A stretch of DNA of 31,348 bases, taken from IMG/VR virus record IMGVR_UViG_3300010153_000051, positions 1 to 31,348 of that record; one strand, given 5' to 3'. The position numbers and the translations under genes are program-made. How positions within the stretch are numbered: the first letter of the stretch is position 1; every line of letters begins with the position of its first letter. This stretch comes from a virus (Duplodnaviria; Caudoviricetes). Shown one piece after another: positions 1 through 9,406 of the stretch. The notes beneath the pieces were generated by a model. It searched no databases. It was not told the origin of the DNA and saw only the letters and a list, made by a program, of their open reading frames with translations.

Positions 1-2
1 CC

Positions 3-614
3 AAAAGCAAAGAAGCCAAAAGCAAAGCAAAGAAAGTATCATTGTTAACAGAGATAGATGAGTTAGGATTAGGTGAAGACTATATTAAGACATTAGAAAA
101 TTTAGATATATCTGCATTGAGTCCTGATGTTCTTGGTGACAACCCAGCAGAAAAGCTTGACCCTATTGTAAATACTTTAGATAGTATATCTGGATTACTA
201 ATTGACCCTTCTGATTATGTAGAACGTAGATATACAACAGAAGAAATAAAACAGTTACCAGAAGAAGTAGATTTACTTATAAAACAATTAGATGAACTAG
301 ACATAGATACATCTAGCAATGAAGTATTAATGCTTTTAGATAGTTTAAAATTGAGTGGACCAGGAGTTGGAGATTATGACCGAACAGCATCTCTTTATTC
401 TGATGGTAGACTTGTAGATGACACCAGAAGAAACGATATAGATAAACTTAGAAAACTAGAAAAAAGATTAGCAAAAGTTGAATCAAGAACAAGAGTTAAT
501 CCAAAAATAAATCAAGCAAGACAAAGAAATATTCAAGGCAAAATAAACAAAGTTGAAGAAAGATTAAAAGAAGGTAATTACTTAGATGAAATCTTACAAC
601 TACTAGGGCAGTAA
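3..614 (+). CDS. 5'-truncated virion-associated/hypothetical protein
   Basis: Frame of the ORF-track TTG at 42 is open back to the window edge (KSKEAKSKAKKVSL...); TAA 612-614 overlaps the next ATG; sits in the virion module. Confidence 0.6.
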   Translation, partial: KSKEAKSKAKKVSLLTEIDELGLGEDYIKTLENLDISALSPDVLGDNPAEKLDPIVNTLDSISGLLIDPSDYVERRYTTEEIKQLPEEVDLLIKQLDELDIDTSSNEVLMLLDSLKLSGPGVGDYDRTASLYSDGRLVDDTRRNDIDKLRKLEKRLAKVESRTRVNPKINQARQRNIQGKINKVEERLKEGNYLDEILQLLGQ

Positions 615-3600
615 TGCCACATCAGCCAGGACATCAACCTACGGAACGTCAAGAAGTATCTTATCTTCCGTCACCCACAGCATCTATTAAGATGCCTATT
701 CGATTAGAAACACCTTCCTTCATGAGTGCATTATGGAAAGAAGGGTACAACAGAAGTATTTTTGGAGTTGGTAGTCAACTATTTGGAGGAGAGAAGTATG
801 ACCTATCTGGATTCCAAGGTGGTACTTTATTTGATGTTGGTGCATCTCTTGTAGGATTCACTATGGACTTACCTACTTACTTTGCAGGAGGATTTCTTGG
901 TAAACAGGTAATAAAGACTGGTGCTAAAGAAGCTATTAAACAACAAGCTTTAAGAAAGCAAATGAAAAACAATATTAATACTGCTACTAAGACACTAGCA
1001 GATAATGGTGCAAATCCTACCTACCTAGCAAGAGCAAACAAAAAATTAAAGAAAGCATTTTTAGAAGAAGGAGATGGAATTGTATTTGACTCTTCTGGTT
1101 TTGCTTTGGTTAGTGGTACTCACGAATATCTAAATCAAAAAGTAACAGGAGACGATGTAGAGTTTTCTAAAGTATTTAATAAAGCATTGGTAGGTGCAGC
1201 ATCTTTCCCTGTCGGTAGAGCTACTGGTATAGCTGCATCCAGTACAGTTAAAGGTAAAGTTCCATCTGCTATAGCTAAAGGATTAGGTGAAGGTTTTGGT
1301 TTTACTGCTCCTTATGCTTGGGAACAAGGTGAATTATTACCTAGCCCTGAAGATTTTGCAGTAGTAGGTGGAGTGTTGGCAGGTGCTAGACTTTCTGGAG
1401 TAGCAGCAAGACGTTATATTAAAAGCCAAAAGAAACTTATTGATGAAACCAATGAAACCTTTGGTAATAAATCTACAGTTAAATTTATAGATAGACCTGA
1501 TGCAATTAAGAAACAAGCAGCTGAATTTTTACAAACAAAAAAGATAGATGATTTCTTTAAAAGAGATTTCTTCGATGATGATGGTGCTAGAGTATTCATA
1601 GAAAAATATGACAAGCAAGGAAGGATTATATTTAGAAAAGAGAACAGCACCTTAACTGATGTCATTGATGAAAGTAAGTTTTATGAAAAGTTTAACATAG
1701 AAAAAAGTGTCAAGTCTCCACGATTTACTTTAGTAAAATCTATTGGTGATAAACTAAACAACCTAGGTATTGTAGATGATGATGAGATAAGAACTATTTT
1801 ATTTTCATTACGTGGTGGTAAGAGACCTAAGAATTTAGGGAATAAAGACAGAGGGTTTGGTTCGTTAACAAACAAAGAATTATTTCAAGTAAACAAGAAG
1901 CTTGATACACGTATGAACTTAGAAGACATGGCAAAAGATATGGCAGTATTAGAACGAGCATCTCAACGTAATTATATGGGTGGTACCTTTGGTGCAATAC
2001 AAAAAGCCATAGATAAACTAACACTAGATGGATTTACATTTGCTGGTAAAAAAAGAACTATCTTTGAATCACTTAGAAGTGTAGAAAAAAGATTAGCAAA
2101 ACCTGGTGTTACCCCTGAAGCTAGATACATGGCTTACAACATTGAACACCATACTAATCTTAAGGGTTCTATAGTTGGACAAATTGCCAATAGGTTAAGA
2201 GCTAAAGGATTGCTAGATAAAAAGATTACGAATGACAAAGAAGCTATGGCAAAACTTACTGGTGAACTAGAGATGAATAAGGGTGTCAACAGTACGATGA
2301 GTGAAGCTTCAAAAGAATTAAGATTAATATACAATGACTTATATAATATGTTAAGACAAGAAGGATTAGATGTTGTAGGGTTTGAAGAAGCTTACGCTGC
2401 AAGATTTATGCGTGGTGACATCAGAGATATTATAAAAGATGTACGAGCTGGTATCATGAAAGAAAGACCTGACTTGATGTCCTATGATACTGGTATATCA
2501 AAAATGTCTATGGATAAAGATAGCGCTAAGTGGTTGTCAAATAAAATTGATAAAATTATAGAGCAAAACAAAGATGTCCCTGGTATTAGAAAATATTTTG
2601 AAACAATAAGAAGTCATTATAAAGGTGATGATGCATTAGTATTAGCTGATATGGATAGGCATATTATACAAACTGCTACTAGACCATTTAATAATATTTC
2701 TAAAACAAGAAGTGCTGATATTAGTTGGGTTGGAAAAACATATGATTTAGATATATTTGAAACTAATGCGGTAGCTAATGTATTGAGCTACGCAGAACAA
2801 GCAGCAAATCAAATAGCAACTAAACGATTCTTTGGAGAAAACTTTGATGATGCTTTAAGGTTAGTAGATGGTATAAGAAAAGGTAAAGTTGGTAATCTTA
2901 AGAGGGATGATGAAACTGCAAATGTTCTTACAGAATTACTTAGTAGAGTTAGTGGCTCTATTGAGTTAGACCCAATGAGAAACTTTAAGAATAAAGAATT
3001 TATACAAGGCATGGTAGACTTTCAGGTAGCTACAAAGATTGGTGGTGGTTTAGCTACGCTTGTAAATATAACACAACCTTTAATATCTTCATTGCTTATG
3101 TCTAATTTTAGAATAGGTATACCTTCTTATACTAAAAGATTTGTTTCTGGTAACAGAAAAGATATGTTAAATGAAATGGGATTCCATAGAGACACACAGT
3201 TTTTAAAAACTTTAGAAATATTATCAGGAAAAGTAAAACGTGGAGATGGTTTAAAAGACCAAGCATTAGAAAAAATACTAAGGCTTACTGGGTTTGAAGG
3301 AATCAACAGAGTTAATCTTGAAACCTCAGCATCCATTGGTATAGATACAATGAGATATTTAAACAGAGTTGCTAATGGAGAATCAGTAATGTTAAAAGGG
3401 GTGCCTTTACCTAAGAAAGTAAAAGATTCTATTATTAAAGATACATTAGCAGGTCAAGCAAGAACTGCTTGGGCTAAAAGAAAATTGTTTAATGACTATG
3501 GTGTTACATGGACAGGCCGCAAGAATTTAAACTTTAATGAGTTACAACGTGGAGCTGTTAAGTTTTCTAAAGACTCTCAGCTCCAACGTAATCTTTTAAA

Positions 3601-4474
3601 AGAACCATTGTTTATGACAGAGCCACAGATTAGACCGTTCATTGTATTAAAAACATTTGGGTTCAAACAAGCTAAACTTATTAAAGATGTATTGACAAGA
3701 GAAGTTCAAGAAGGAAATGTATTACCAGTATTAAGATTAGCTATAGGTGCAGGTATTGGTGGTAAGTTTATTCTACAAGCAAAAGAATTAATACAGAATA
3801 TAATTTCAGGTAAAGACGAATATGATTGGAACAAATCTAAGTTAGCACCAACAAAGCAGTATGATAAAAACTTAACAAGCGGTCCATTAGGATTAGGTAT
3901 AGCAGAAAACATTGGCAATCAGTTTGAAGAACTAAGACCTGGCTTGTTAGGTGGTAAAGAGAACTATAAAAGAACTGACTATTGGTTAGAGCTATTAACT
4001 CCTACGATTGAAGAGTTAGGAGCAGTTGGTGCGATGGGAGTAGCAACAGATTTTATGGCATCAGAAAGTGTAATGGATACTGCTGGGTTTATAGTTACCC
4101 CTGTAATACTAGATGATGTAATGTCAATATGGAATGGTGTAGCAGAAATCATAGATGAACAAGATGACTATGGTCTTGTAGGTGCAATGAGAAGGAATCA
4201 ACCTAAGTTTACAAAACTGTTAGGTTCTAATCTAAATAGGTTAGCAACTAGAGGTATTCAATCACAGAAACAATACGAAGATAAGATTACATATCAACGT
4301 AACAGAGTTCAAAATGAAATACTAAAAGATGTTGTCAATAAAAATAAGCTTGGTGCTAAACAAAAATTAGCTTCTTGGAATAAGGCACACCCAGACCAAC
4401 CTATCCTTGAACCAGATGCGTTAACTATTTATAGATATGTATTCAGACAACAGCAGAAAAAAGAGGACCAATAA
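614..4474 (+). CDS. Large (1286 aa) putative internal virion / DNA-ejection protein
   Basis: Size, Gly/Ala-rich hydrophobic N-terminal segments, helical K/E/L-rich body, position at the end of the structural module of a podovirus-like phage; function inferred from context. Confidence 0.55.
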   Translation: MPHQPGHQPTERQEVSYLPSPTASIKMPIRLETPSFMSALWKEGYNRSIFGVGSQLFGGEKYDLSGFQGGTLFDVGASLVGFTMDLPTYFAGGFLGKQVIKTGAKEAIKQQALRKQMKNNINTATKTLADNGANPTYLARANKKLKKAFLEEGDGIVFDSSGFALVSGTHEYLNQKVTGDDVEFSKVFNKALVGAASFPVGRATGIAASSTVKGKVPSAIAKGLGEGFGFTAPYAWEQGELLPSPEDFAVVGGVLAGARLSGVAARRYIKSQKKLIDETNETFGNKSTVKFIDRPDAIKKQAAEFLQTKKIDDFFKRDFFDDDGARVFIEKYDKQGRIIFRKENSTLTDVIDESKFYEKFNIEKSVKSPRFTLVKSIGDKLNNLGIVDDDEIRTILFSLRGGKRPKNLGNKDRGFGSLTNKELFQVNKKLDTRMNLEDMAKDMAVLERASQRNYMGGTFGAIQKAIDKLTLDGFTFAGKKRTIFESLRSVEKRLAKPGVTPEARYMAYNIEHHTNLKGSIVGQIANRLRAKGLLDKKITNDKEAMAKLTGELEMNKGVNSTMSEASKELRLIYNDLYNMLRQEGLDVVGFEEAYAARFMRGDIRDIIKDVRAGIMKERPDLMSYDTGISKMSMDKDSAKWLSNKIDKIIEQNKDVPGIRKYFETIRSHYKGDDALVLADMDRHIIQTATRPFNNISKTRSADISWVGKTYDLDIFETNAVANVLSYAEQAANQIATKRFFGENFDDALRLVDGIRKGKVGNLKRDDETANVLTELLSRVSGSIELDPMRNFKNKEFIQGMVDFQVATKIGGGLATLVNITQPLISSLLMSNFRIGIPSYTKRFVSGNRKDMLNEMGFHRDTQFLKTLEILSGKVKRGDGLKDQALEKILRLTGFEGINRVNLETSASIGIDTMRYLNRVANGESVMLKGVPLPKKVKDSIIKDTLAGQARTAWAKRKLFNDYGVTWTGRKNLNFNELQRGAVKFSKDSQLQRNLLKEPLFMTEPQIRPFIVLKTFGFKQAKLIKDVLTREVQEGNVLPVLRLAIGAGIGGKFILQAKELIQNIISGKDEYDWNKSKLAPTKQYDKNLTSGPLGLGIAENIGNQFEELRPGLLGGKENYKRTDYWLELLTPTIEELGAVGAMGVATDFMASESVMDTAGFIVTPVILDDVMSIWNGVAEIIDEQDDYGLVGAMRRNQPKFTKLLGSNLNRLATRGIQSQKQYEDKITYQRNRVQNEILKDVVNKNKLGAKQKLASWNKAHPDQPILEPDALTIYRYVFRQQQKKEDQ

Positions 4475-4475
4475 G

Positions 4476-5762
4476 ATGTCAGATAAAAAGAAAACAACTA
4501 TGTTAGACTTAGTAGGTTCTCCTTCGTTTAATTACACTGCTGCTGCAGATGCTTTGAATACAGCAGATGCTATTCGTGTAACTAAAAAAACAAAGAAAGA
4601 TGTGGTTGAATTAGATAGAAGAGAGAAGATTCACAGAGCATTACAACGTTTCGGTTTAGCTACAGCTGGTGCTAGTATAGCTTCCCCTGTAACTGCACCT
4701 GTCACAGAAATAGCTGGTGGTATAGCTGATTTAACAGATGGTATACTATACTCCTTAGAAGGTGAGCATGGAAATGCAGCGTTATCTTATGCTGCTATTT
4801 TTCCTGTAGTGGGTTATGCAGTAGCTGCCAAAAGAGGTATGAGATTAGCAGAGAAATCTGGAGAAGAGCTAATAGATATATATAGAGGAATTCCTAATGA
4901 ATTTGTAGGAAGTAAATCTATGACAAAATTTAAAGATGAACTCTATCACGTTGGAGGAGAGTTTGATACTTTTAAAAGACTTGACCAGGATTTAGTTTAC
5001 GATTCTTTTAAACAAACTTATAGAGGTCAAGCAGATAAAGTTTACTTAAAATATTTACAAACTGGAGAAATTCCTATGTCTAAAGGAATTAATAAATCTA
5101 GGTTAGATTCTGTAAATCTTGGTTATGGTGATTCTGACATAAATCATATAGGAAAATCTAAGTTTGGTTACTATCACGATATAAAACCAAGAGGTAAAGA
5201 CCCATATGGAAATACTTTAGTTTCAGCAAGAGGAGATTTTGATTCACCGTTTACCGCTGCTTTTGAACCAAGAAATCCACTTGAAGGATTATTGCACAAA
5301 CATCATAGTACTTATTATAATAAAGATGTTATAAAAAAAGGAATAAATAAAATTCCAAAAGAAAGTATGAAAGAACTAAAAGATAAATTTGGTAGTGGAT
5401 TTGTAAGAACAATACTGGGAGATGATGCTATAAAAGCTATGCAAGACATTAGTGAAAGAAAAGTTACAACAGATAGATTTTTATTTGCTACTGAAAACTT
5501 GGAAGAAGCACAAAGATATGGAGGGCAGGTATTACATTTTAAAGTTCCAAAAACTTATTTACAAGACCTAGCTAAAAGAAATAAAATAAGCGGATATGGA
5601 GATAAGGTAAGTGATGTTATAAATCCAGCTAGAAGAACAGCTGATGAATTTCGTAAAAGTTCAAGTGATATTAGAAGTGAATGGATATTTGATGAAGGAA
5701 TACCTCATAAATTCTTTTATAAAAATTATGGAGTAGTACAAGATTTAAGTGAGATTAGATGA
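4476..5762 (+). CDS. Pre-toxin-TG-like N-terminus fused to a putative ADP-ribosyltransferase-fold domain
   Basis: Likely start ATG 4476, just after the upstream stop. Motif IADLTDGILYSLEGEHGNAALSYAAIFPVVG resembles PT-TG; ART-like elements IYRG ... LFATENLEEAQRYG ... VLHFKVP ... SEWIF. Confidence 0.55.
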   Translation: MSDKKKTTMLDLVGSPSFNYTAAADALNTADAIRVTKKTKKDVVELDRREKIHRALQRFGLATAGASIASPVTAPVTEIAGGIADLTDGILYSLEGEHGNAALSYAAIFPVVGYAVAAKRGMRLAEKSGEELIDIYRGIPNEFVGSKSMTKFKDELYHVGGEFDTFKRLDQDLVYDSFKQTYRGQADKVYLKYLQTGEIPMSKGINKSRLDSVNLGYGDSDINHIGKSKFGYYHDIKPRGKDPYGNTLVSARGDFDSPFTAAFEPRNPLEGLLHKHHSTYYNKDVIKKGINKIPKESMKELKDKFGSGFVRTILGDDAIKAMQDISERKVTTDRFLFATENLEEAQRYGGQVLHFKVPKTYLQDLAKRNKISGYGDKVSDVINPARRTADEFRKSSSDIRSEWIFDEGIPHKFFYKNYGVVQDLSEIR

Positions 5763-5998
5763 AGGATTACCAATGAAATTTTTATACAGGAAAATAAAAG
5801 GTAATTATTAATCTTGTAAAATTTTCTACACTTTTCTAAAATTTTCCTTACGAGGATAGCCCTATACGGCCATAACTTTTTTTATTGGATATAACTATCG
5901 ACTAATTACACTGAATGCCCTGAAGGTACAACCTAATGCGTTACTTAGGATTTTAGTATATTTTCTGTAATTTCAAGGCAACAGCGCACAAATCTGTA

Positions 5999-6169
5999 CT
6001 ACTTGTCTTCATCTATGAACTCACCCTTAACAATATCATCAATAATGAATCCAATAGTAGCATTGGTTTCATACTTTTTAAAATTAATTTTTTTAATCTT
6101 ATCTAATACTTGATTCCATTTAGTATTGTTGGCATGGAATGCTTGTTGCTGCTTTAATAAGTCACTCAT
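5999..6169 (-). CDS. Hypothetical protein (56 aa)
   Basis: Start re-assigned to ATG 6169 (GGAGG upstream, ATGA overlap with the previous stop). Confidence 0.6.
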   Translation of the reverse strand: MSDLLKQQQAFHANNTKWNQVLDKIKKINFKKYETNATIGFIIDDIVKGEFIDEDK

Positions 6170-6423
6170 AATTCCTCCTCGTGTCTTGCTACATAGAATT
6201 GCTCTATCCAAGTCTTTTGTTTTCTGTTATGTCTAAGATTAACTCCTTGAAATATGTGCCAACCTCTACCATTTTTTTTAGCATGATATTCTTGCAGCTC
6301 TTGTCCTTCTTTACTGTATGGGTCTACTGCCTTTACCTGCTTTACTCTTTCTTCTGGTGTAAGATTTGGTTTTTGTCCCCACTTTATGTATTCTCGATTA
6401 TATGTTGGATGTGATTTAGCCAT
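6166..6423 (-). CDS. Hypothetical protein
   Basis: AAGGAG RBS upstream of ATG; co-directional with the arm. Confidence 0.7.
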   Translation of the reverse strand: MAKSHPTYNREYIKWGQKPNLTPEERVKQVKAVDPYSKEGQELQEYHAKKNGRGWHIFQGVNLRHNRKQKTWIEQFYVARHEEEL

Positions 6424-6444
6424 GGTATCTCCTTGTAATGTTTA

Positions 6445-6696
6445 TGGGCTAACAGGTAGCCAAACCGTTATTTGCAACATTTCTAATTAGAGAGCTAAAG
6501 GTAATGAATAACTCCTTTTTAATTTTAATGTTGTTATTATATAATGTCAGCCCAAGTGTGAGGTGCCAAGAAGAAAAGGAACTTGAGGTAAATGATAAAC
6601 CTATAAACCTCTTGACACCAAAATTTATTAAGGTGAGGACATACTAGCAATATGTTGTTTTGTTTTGTGTTCAGGCACAAACGAACTCACCTTAAT
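6445..6696 (-). ncRNA. Three tandem stem-closed RNA elements in an intergenic gap
   Basis: Inverted repeats 6445-6454/6545-6554, 6562-6573/6608-6619 and 6627-6637/6686-6696; mismatches are G-U pairs only on the minus strand. Confidence 0.5.
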
Positions 6697-6704
6697 CTTA
6701 TAAA

Positions 6705-6962
6705 CTAAAACGGCATATCATCGCTTTTATTCTGCGACGATGGTGCCTTACCTCTTTTTGAATCATACTCATTATTAGTTTCAAATACAATAGATATGTA
6801 TTCGTTACCATTACTTGCTGTCTTAGTCCATCCTGATATTTTACCTTCAACTCCATTAAAGGTTACGGTTCCAATAGTTTTCCAGTTTGGTCTCTTTGGA
6901 TTGTCACCTACGTCATTAAAGAATAAGTTTGCTGTGTTTGGTTTTGGTACAAAATCACCCAT
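6705..6962 (-). CDS. ssb: Phage single-stranded DNA-binding protein (short OB-fold type)
   Basis: NPKRPNW...G...ISGW...NGNEYISI core and acidic C-terminal tail DDMPF typical of SSBs; near ERF. Confidence 0.7.
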   Translation of the reverse strand: MGDFVPKPNTANLFFNDVGDNPKRPNWKTIGTVTFNGVEGKISGWTKTASNGNEYISIVFETNNEYDSKRGKAPSSQNKSDDMPF

Positions 6963-7221
6963 TTGTTTTCTCCTTTATGTGTTCAGCAGATGTAGGGTTA
7001 GCTGAAGCTTCTCTCATATCTTCAAGTGGCCTTTTTTCTTCTGCTTTTTTTTCTAAATTAATTCTGTCTTCTACTTTAATTCTTATGTTCCTAAGGTCTT
7101 GTCTAATACCATCTTCAAGCTCTGACTTGTGTGGTTGCCTAGTGTATACTTCAATTATATTTTCTAGTTCTTCTAATGTAAACTTAAATGTAATTGTAAT
7201 ATTCTTAAAATCCATTTTCAT
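6955..7221 (-). CDS. Hypothetical protein
   Basis: GAGGAG RBS; overlaps both neighbours. Confidence 0.65.
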   Translation of the reverse strand: MKMDFKNITITFKFTLEELENIIEVYTRQPHKSELEDGIRQDLRNIRIKVEDRINLEKKAEEKRPLEDMREASANPTSAEHIKEKTNG

Positions 7222-7406
7222 TTATTCTCCTCTATGTTTTTATACTTATACTTCCTAGCTCTTACAACTCTTCTTGAGTCAGTAGAACTTAATAATTTTT
7301 TACGATACTTGGATACTAATTCATTGTATCTTTCAACGCCTTTGCCAGTAATCTTACCTGTATCTATTAGTTTTTTATATACTGATATGATTGCACTACT
7401 CTTCAT
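7218..7406 (-). CDS. Hypothetical basic protein
   Basis: Tightly packed ORF in the operon. Confidence 0.6.
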   Translation of the reverse strand: MKSSAIISVYKKLIDTGKITGKGVERYNELVSKYRKKLLSSTDSRRVVRARKYKYKNIEENK

Positions 7407-7731
7407 TATTAATTTCTTTTAATAGTTTTAGCATTAAAAGATAATCTTCTAAATCAATAACAATACTAGGCTTTAATCTGTCAGCCCTTATAACTACACC
7501 TATCTCTTGTTTCTCAGGTAATAAGTATGATGGCAGAGACTTGCGCATCTTACACCCATAATATTTATCCTCAATTAATATGTCTCCTAATGGATGACAA
7601 GCACCACCTCTGTCTCTATTGTGTGCCTCTAGGTTAAAGTCTTTTGCTAGGTTCACTGCTAGTCTTTGCAGCTCTGCTCCTCTTTGTCTGTTTCTTCTTC
7701 CTCTTTGTTGATGTGTCTTCTTCTCTGCCAA
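7396..7731 (-). CDS. Hjc-like Holliday junction resolvase (PD-(D/E)xK fold) with atypical catalytic motif
   Basis: RGRRNRQRGAELQR ... GDILIE ... YYGCKMRK pattern; start placed at TTG 7731 after GGAGG. Confidence 0.55.
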   Translation of the reverse strand: MAEKKTHQQRGRRNRQRGAELQRLAVNLAKDFNLEAHNRDRGGACHPLGDILIEDKYYGCKMRKSLPSYLLPEKQEIGVVIRADRLKPSIVIDLEDYLLMLKLLKEINNEE

Positions 7732-7906
7732 TTTTTTCCTCCACAAATTCTGTAAGTTTATCTACGTCATTATTCATGTCAAGATAAGAGTTTAATAAAA
7801 ACTTTATTCCATGTAGTTCTGTATATAAAGTTTGTATTTGATTATCAAATCCAGACAAAATCTTTATCATGTCTTTGTAACTAAGTTTAGTTTGTTTTTG
7901 TTTCAT
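7634..7906 (-). CDS. Hypothetical coiled-coil protein
   Basis: ORF track; 3' end overlaps the resolvase gene by about 100 nt. Confidence 0.55.
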   Translation of the reverse strand: MKQKQTKLSYKDMIKILSGFDNQIQTLYTELHGIKFLLNSYLDMNNDVDKLTEFVEEKIGREEDTSTKRKKKQTKRSRAAKTSSEPSKRL

Positions 7907-8261
7907 AAATCAATGGGTTTTTAGTTGTTAAATTAAATGTTATTACAACAGTGCTGTCTTCTTTAATAATTTCATCTAAGATTTCATGCACATCATCACG
8001 CATTTGTTCTACTGATTTCTTTTTTACGTCAAGAGTTTCTTCTATTTCTTTGTAAGACTCCTTGACTTCCTCTTGCACCTCTATCTTTTCTTCTGGTGTA
8101 AGCTCTGGGCTTTCAGGTATTTCACTACTCAAAACCTTTTCAGGTGTATAGTTTGATACTTGGACATCGTTTTTAACTGGCTTGTATGTGGCCGTTATCC
8201 ACGACACATATGCAACCGACGAAAACGTAAGTAGCATTAAGTATATTTTATATTTATTCAT
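7887..8261 (-). CDS. Membrane-anchored protein with N-terminal hydrophobic helix and acidic tail
   Basis: IYLMLLTFSSVAYVSWITA; AAGGA RBS. Confidence 0.65.
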   Translation of the reverse strand: MNKYKIYLMLLTFSSVAYVSWITATYKPVKNDVQVSNYTPEKVLSSEIPESPELTPEEKIEVQEEVKESYKEIEETLDVKKKSVEQMRDDVHEILDEIIKEDSTVVITFNLTTKNPLIYETKTN

Positions 8262-8374
8262 TGTTTGTTTCCTTTTGTATTGTTTTTTTTTCTTTGTCTA
8301 ATTTAAAATACTTAACATATATCCAACTGTCTTTACAAGTCAATAAATTATAAAGCATAGTATGGTTACCTTTA

Positions 8375-8710
8375 TTATTCTGCTCTATCAAATATTTTAA
8401 CTTGGCTCTCTTCATTCTTACTCCATTCGGTCAATGATAATCCTACTTGATTACCAAACCCTCTATTAAAAGTAAACCCACGAGAACGCACTGCCTCTAT
8501 AGTAGAGTAATAAGTTATACCAGTTAAGGTATCCTTTACTTTAATCTTTGAGGCACCTTGTTCTTCTGCATCTGACAGAGCCAACTCATCAAATGCAATC
8601 GCAGGTGGTGTTCGTAGTAAATGTTTGGATGAGTCTATCTCCCTAGATAGTGTTCCATCCTTAACAGTTCCTACTACTTTCTTGTTAACTATAACTTCTT
8701 TTTTTTTCAT
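8375..8710 (-). CDS. Hypothetical phage protein
   Basis: Clean ORF with globular-looking sequence (SKHLLRTPPAIAFD...FNRGFGNQVGL). Confidence 0.65.
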   Translation of the reverse strand: MKKKEVIVNKKVVGTVKDGTLSREIDSSKHLLRTPPAIAFDELALSDAEEQGASKIKVKDTLTGITYYSTIEAVRSRGFTFNRGFGNQVGLSLTEWSKNEESQVKIFDRAE

Positions 8711-8740
8711 GTCATAACCTATGAAATTAATTATGTATAA

Positions 8741-9406
8741 TCAACTGAAAACTTTCTCTACTTCTTCTGGTGATAAAGTAGTGTCTTTTTCATTAATCAA
8801 TCCTTCTAACCATTTCTTTGTATCTTCAATGTTAGTAGCATTTATACGATTACTTTCAAGGCCTACTCTAATCTTCTCCTTAGTATCTTCTCCTAAACCT
8901 TTACACATACCACGCAGTATTACTGCATCAGTACTTGATATAGGCTTTTCGTTTACCTTCTTGGGTTTAGCCGAAGGTTTCTTTATAGGCTTGGCATCAA
9001 CCTCTATAGACTTTACATCATTGTCTGCATCACTAGCAATACCAACGAATGCTGACAAGCTGTATCTTCTGAAGTAAGTAATAGCTGAACCCACAGACTG
9101 GTATATATTCATACCTTTTGAGTCTGCAATGGGTGTCATCATACCACTACGTATCCATTCGCCTGATGTATGCATATACAAAGTATCAACACCTATCTCA
9201 CCATCAGAGCCTACTGGCATCTGAACAAATGATATTCCGTGCTTGGTTAGTAATGGCCTAAGGTATTTAACTAGCGCATCATATGATGTATAGTTATACC
9301 CATACCCCTTACTATCGTGTGCCATATCCTCAATCTCTTTCTGAACTTTCACTTGTGCTGACGCTAAGTTCTTAATTGATTCTGACATTGTTGTTTCTAT
9401 TCTCAT
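8741..9406 (-). CDS. erf: ERF-family single-strand annealing protein
   Basis: GYGYNY...LTKHGISFVQ...HTSGEWI...QSVGSAITYFRRYSLSAFVGIASDADND matches the ERF signature; start ATG 9406 after AAGGAG. Confidence 0.9.
   Translation of the reverse strand: MRIETTMSESIKNLASAQVKVQKEIEDMAHDSKGYGYNYTSYDALVKYLRPLLTKHGISFVQMPVGSDGEIGVDTLYMHTSGEWIRSGMMTPIADSKGMNIYQSVGSAITYFRRYSLSAFVGIASDADNDVKSIEVDAKPIKKPSAKPKKVNEKPISSTDAVILRGMCKGLGEDTKEKIRVGLESNRINATNIEDTKKWLEGLINEKDTTLSPEEVEKVFS

Noticed and set aside
1414-3918. Minus-strand ORFs inside the 1286-aa gene, and similar antisense ORFs across the window such as 8721-9077, 18161-18481 and 30617-30985
   Set aside because: Shadow frames of real genes: no RBS and Ser/Leu/Phe-rich composition from the purine-rich coding strand
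8195-8203. TTATCCACG, a near-DnaA box
   Set aside because: Single 8/9 match inside a coding region, expected by chance
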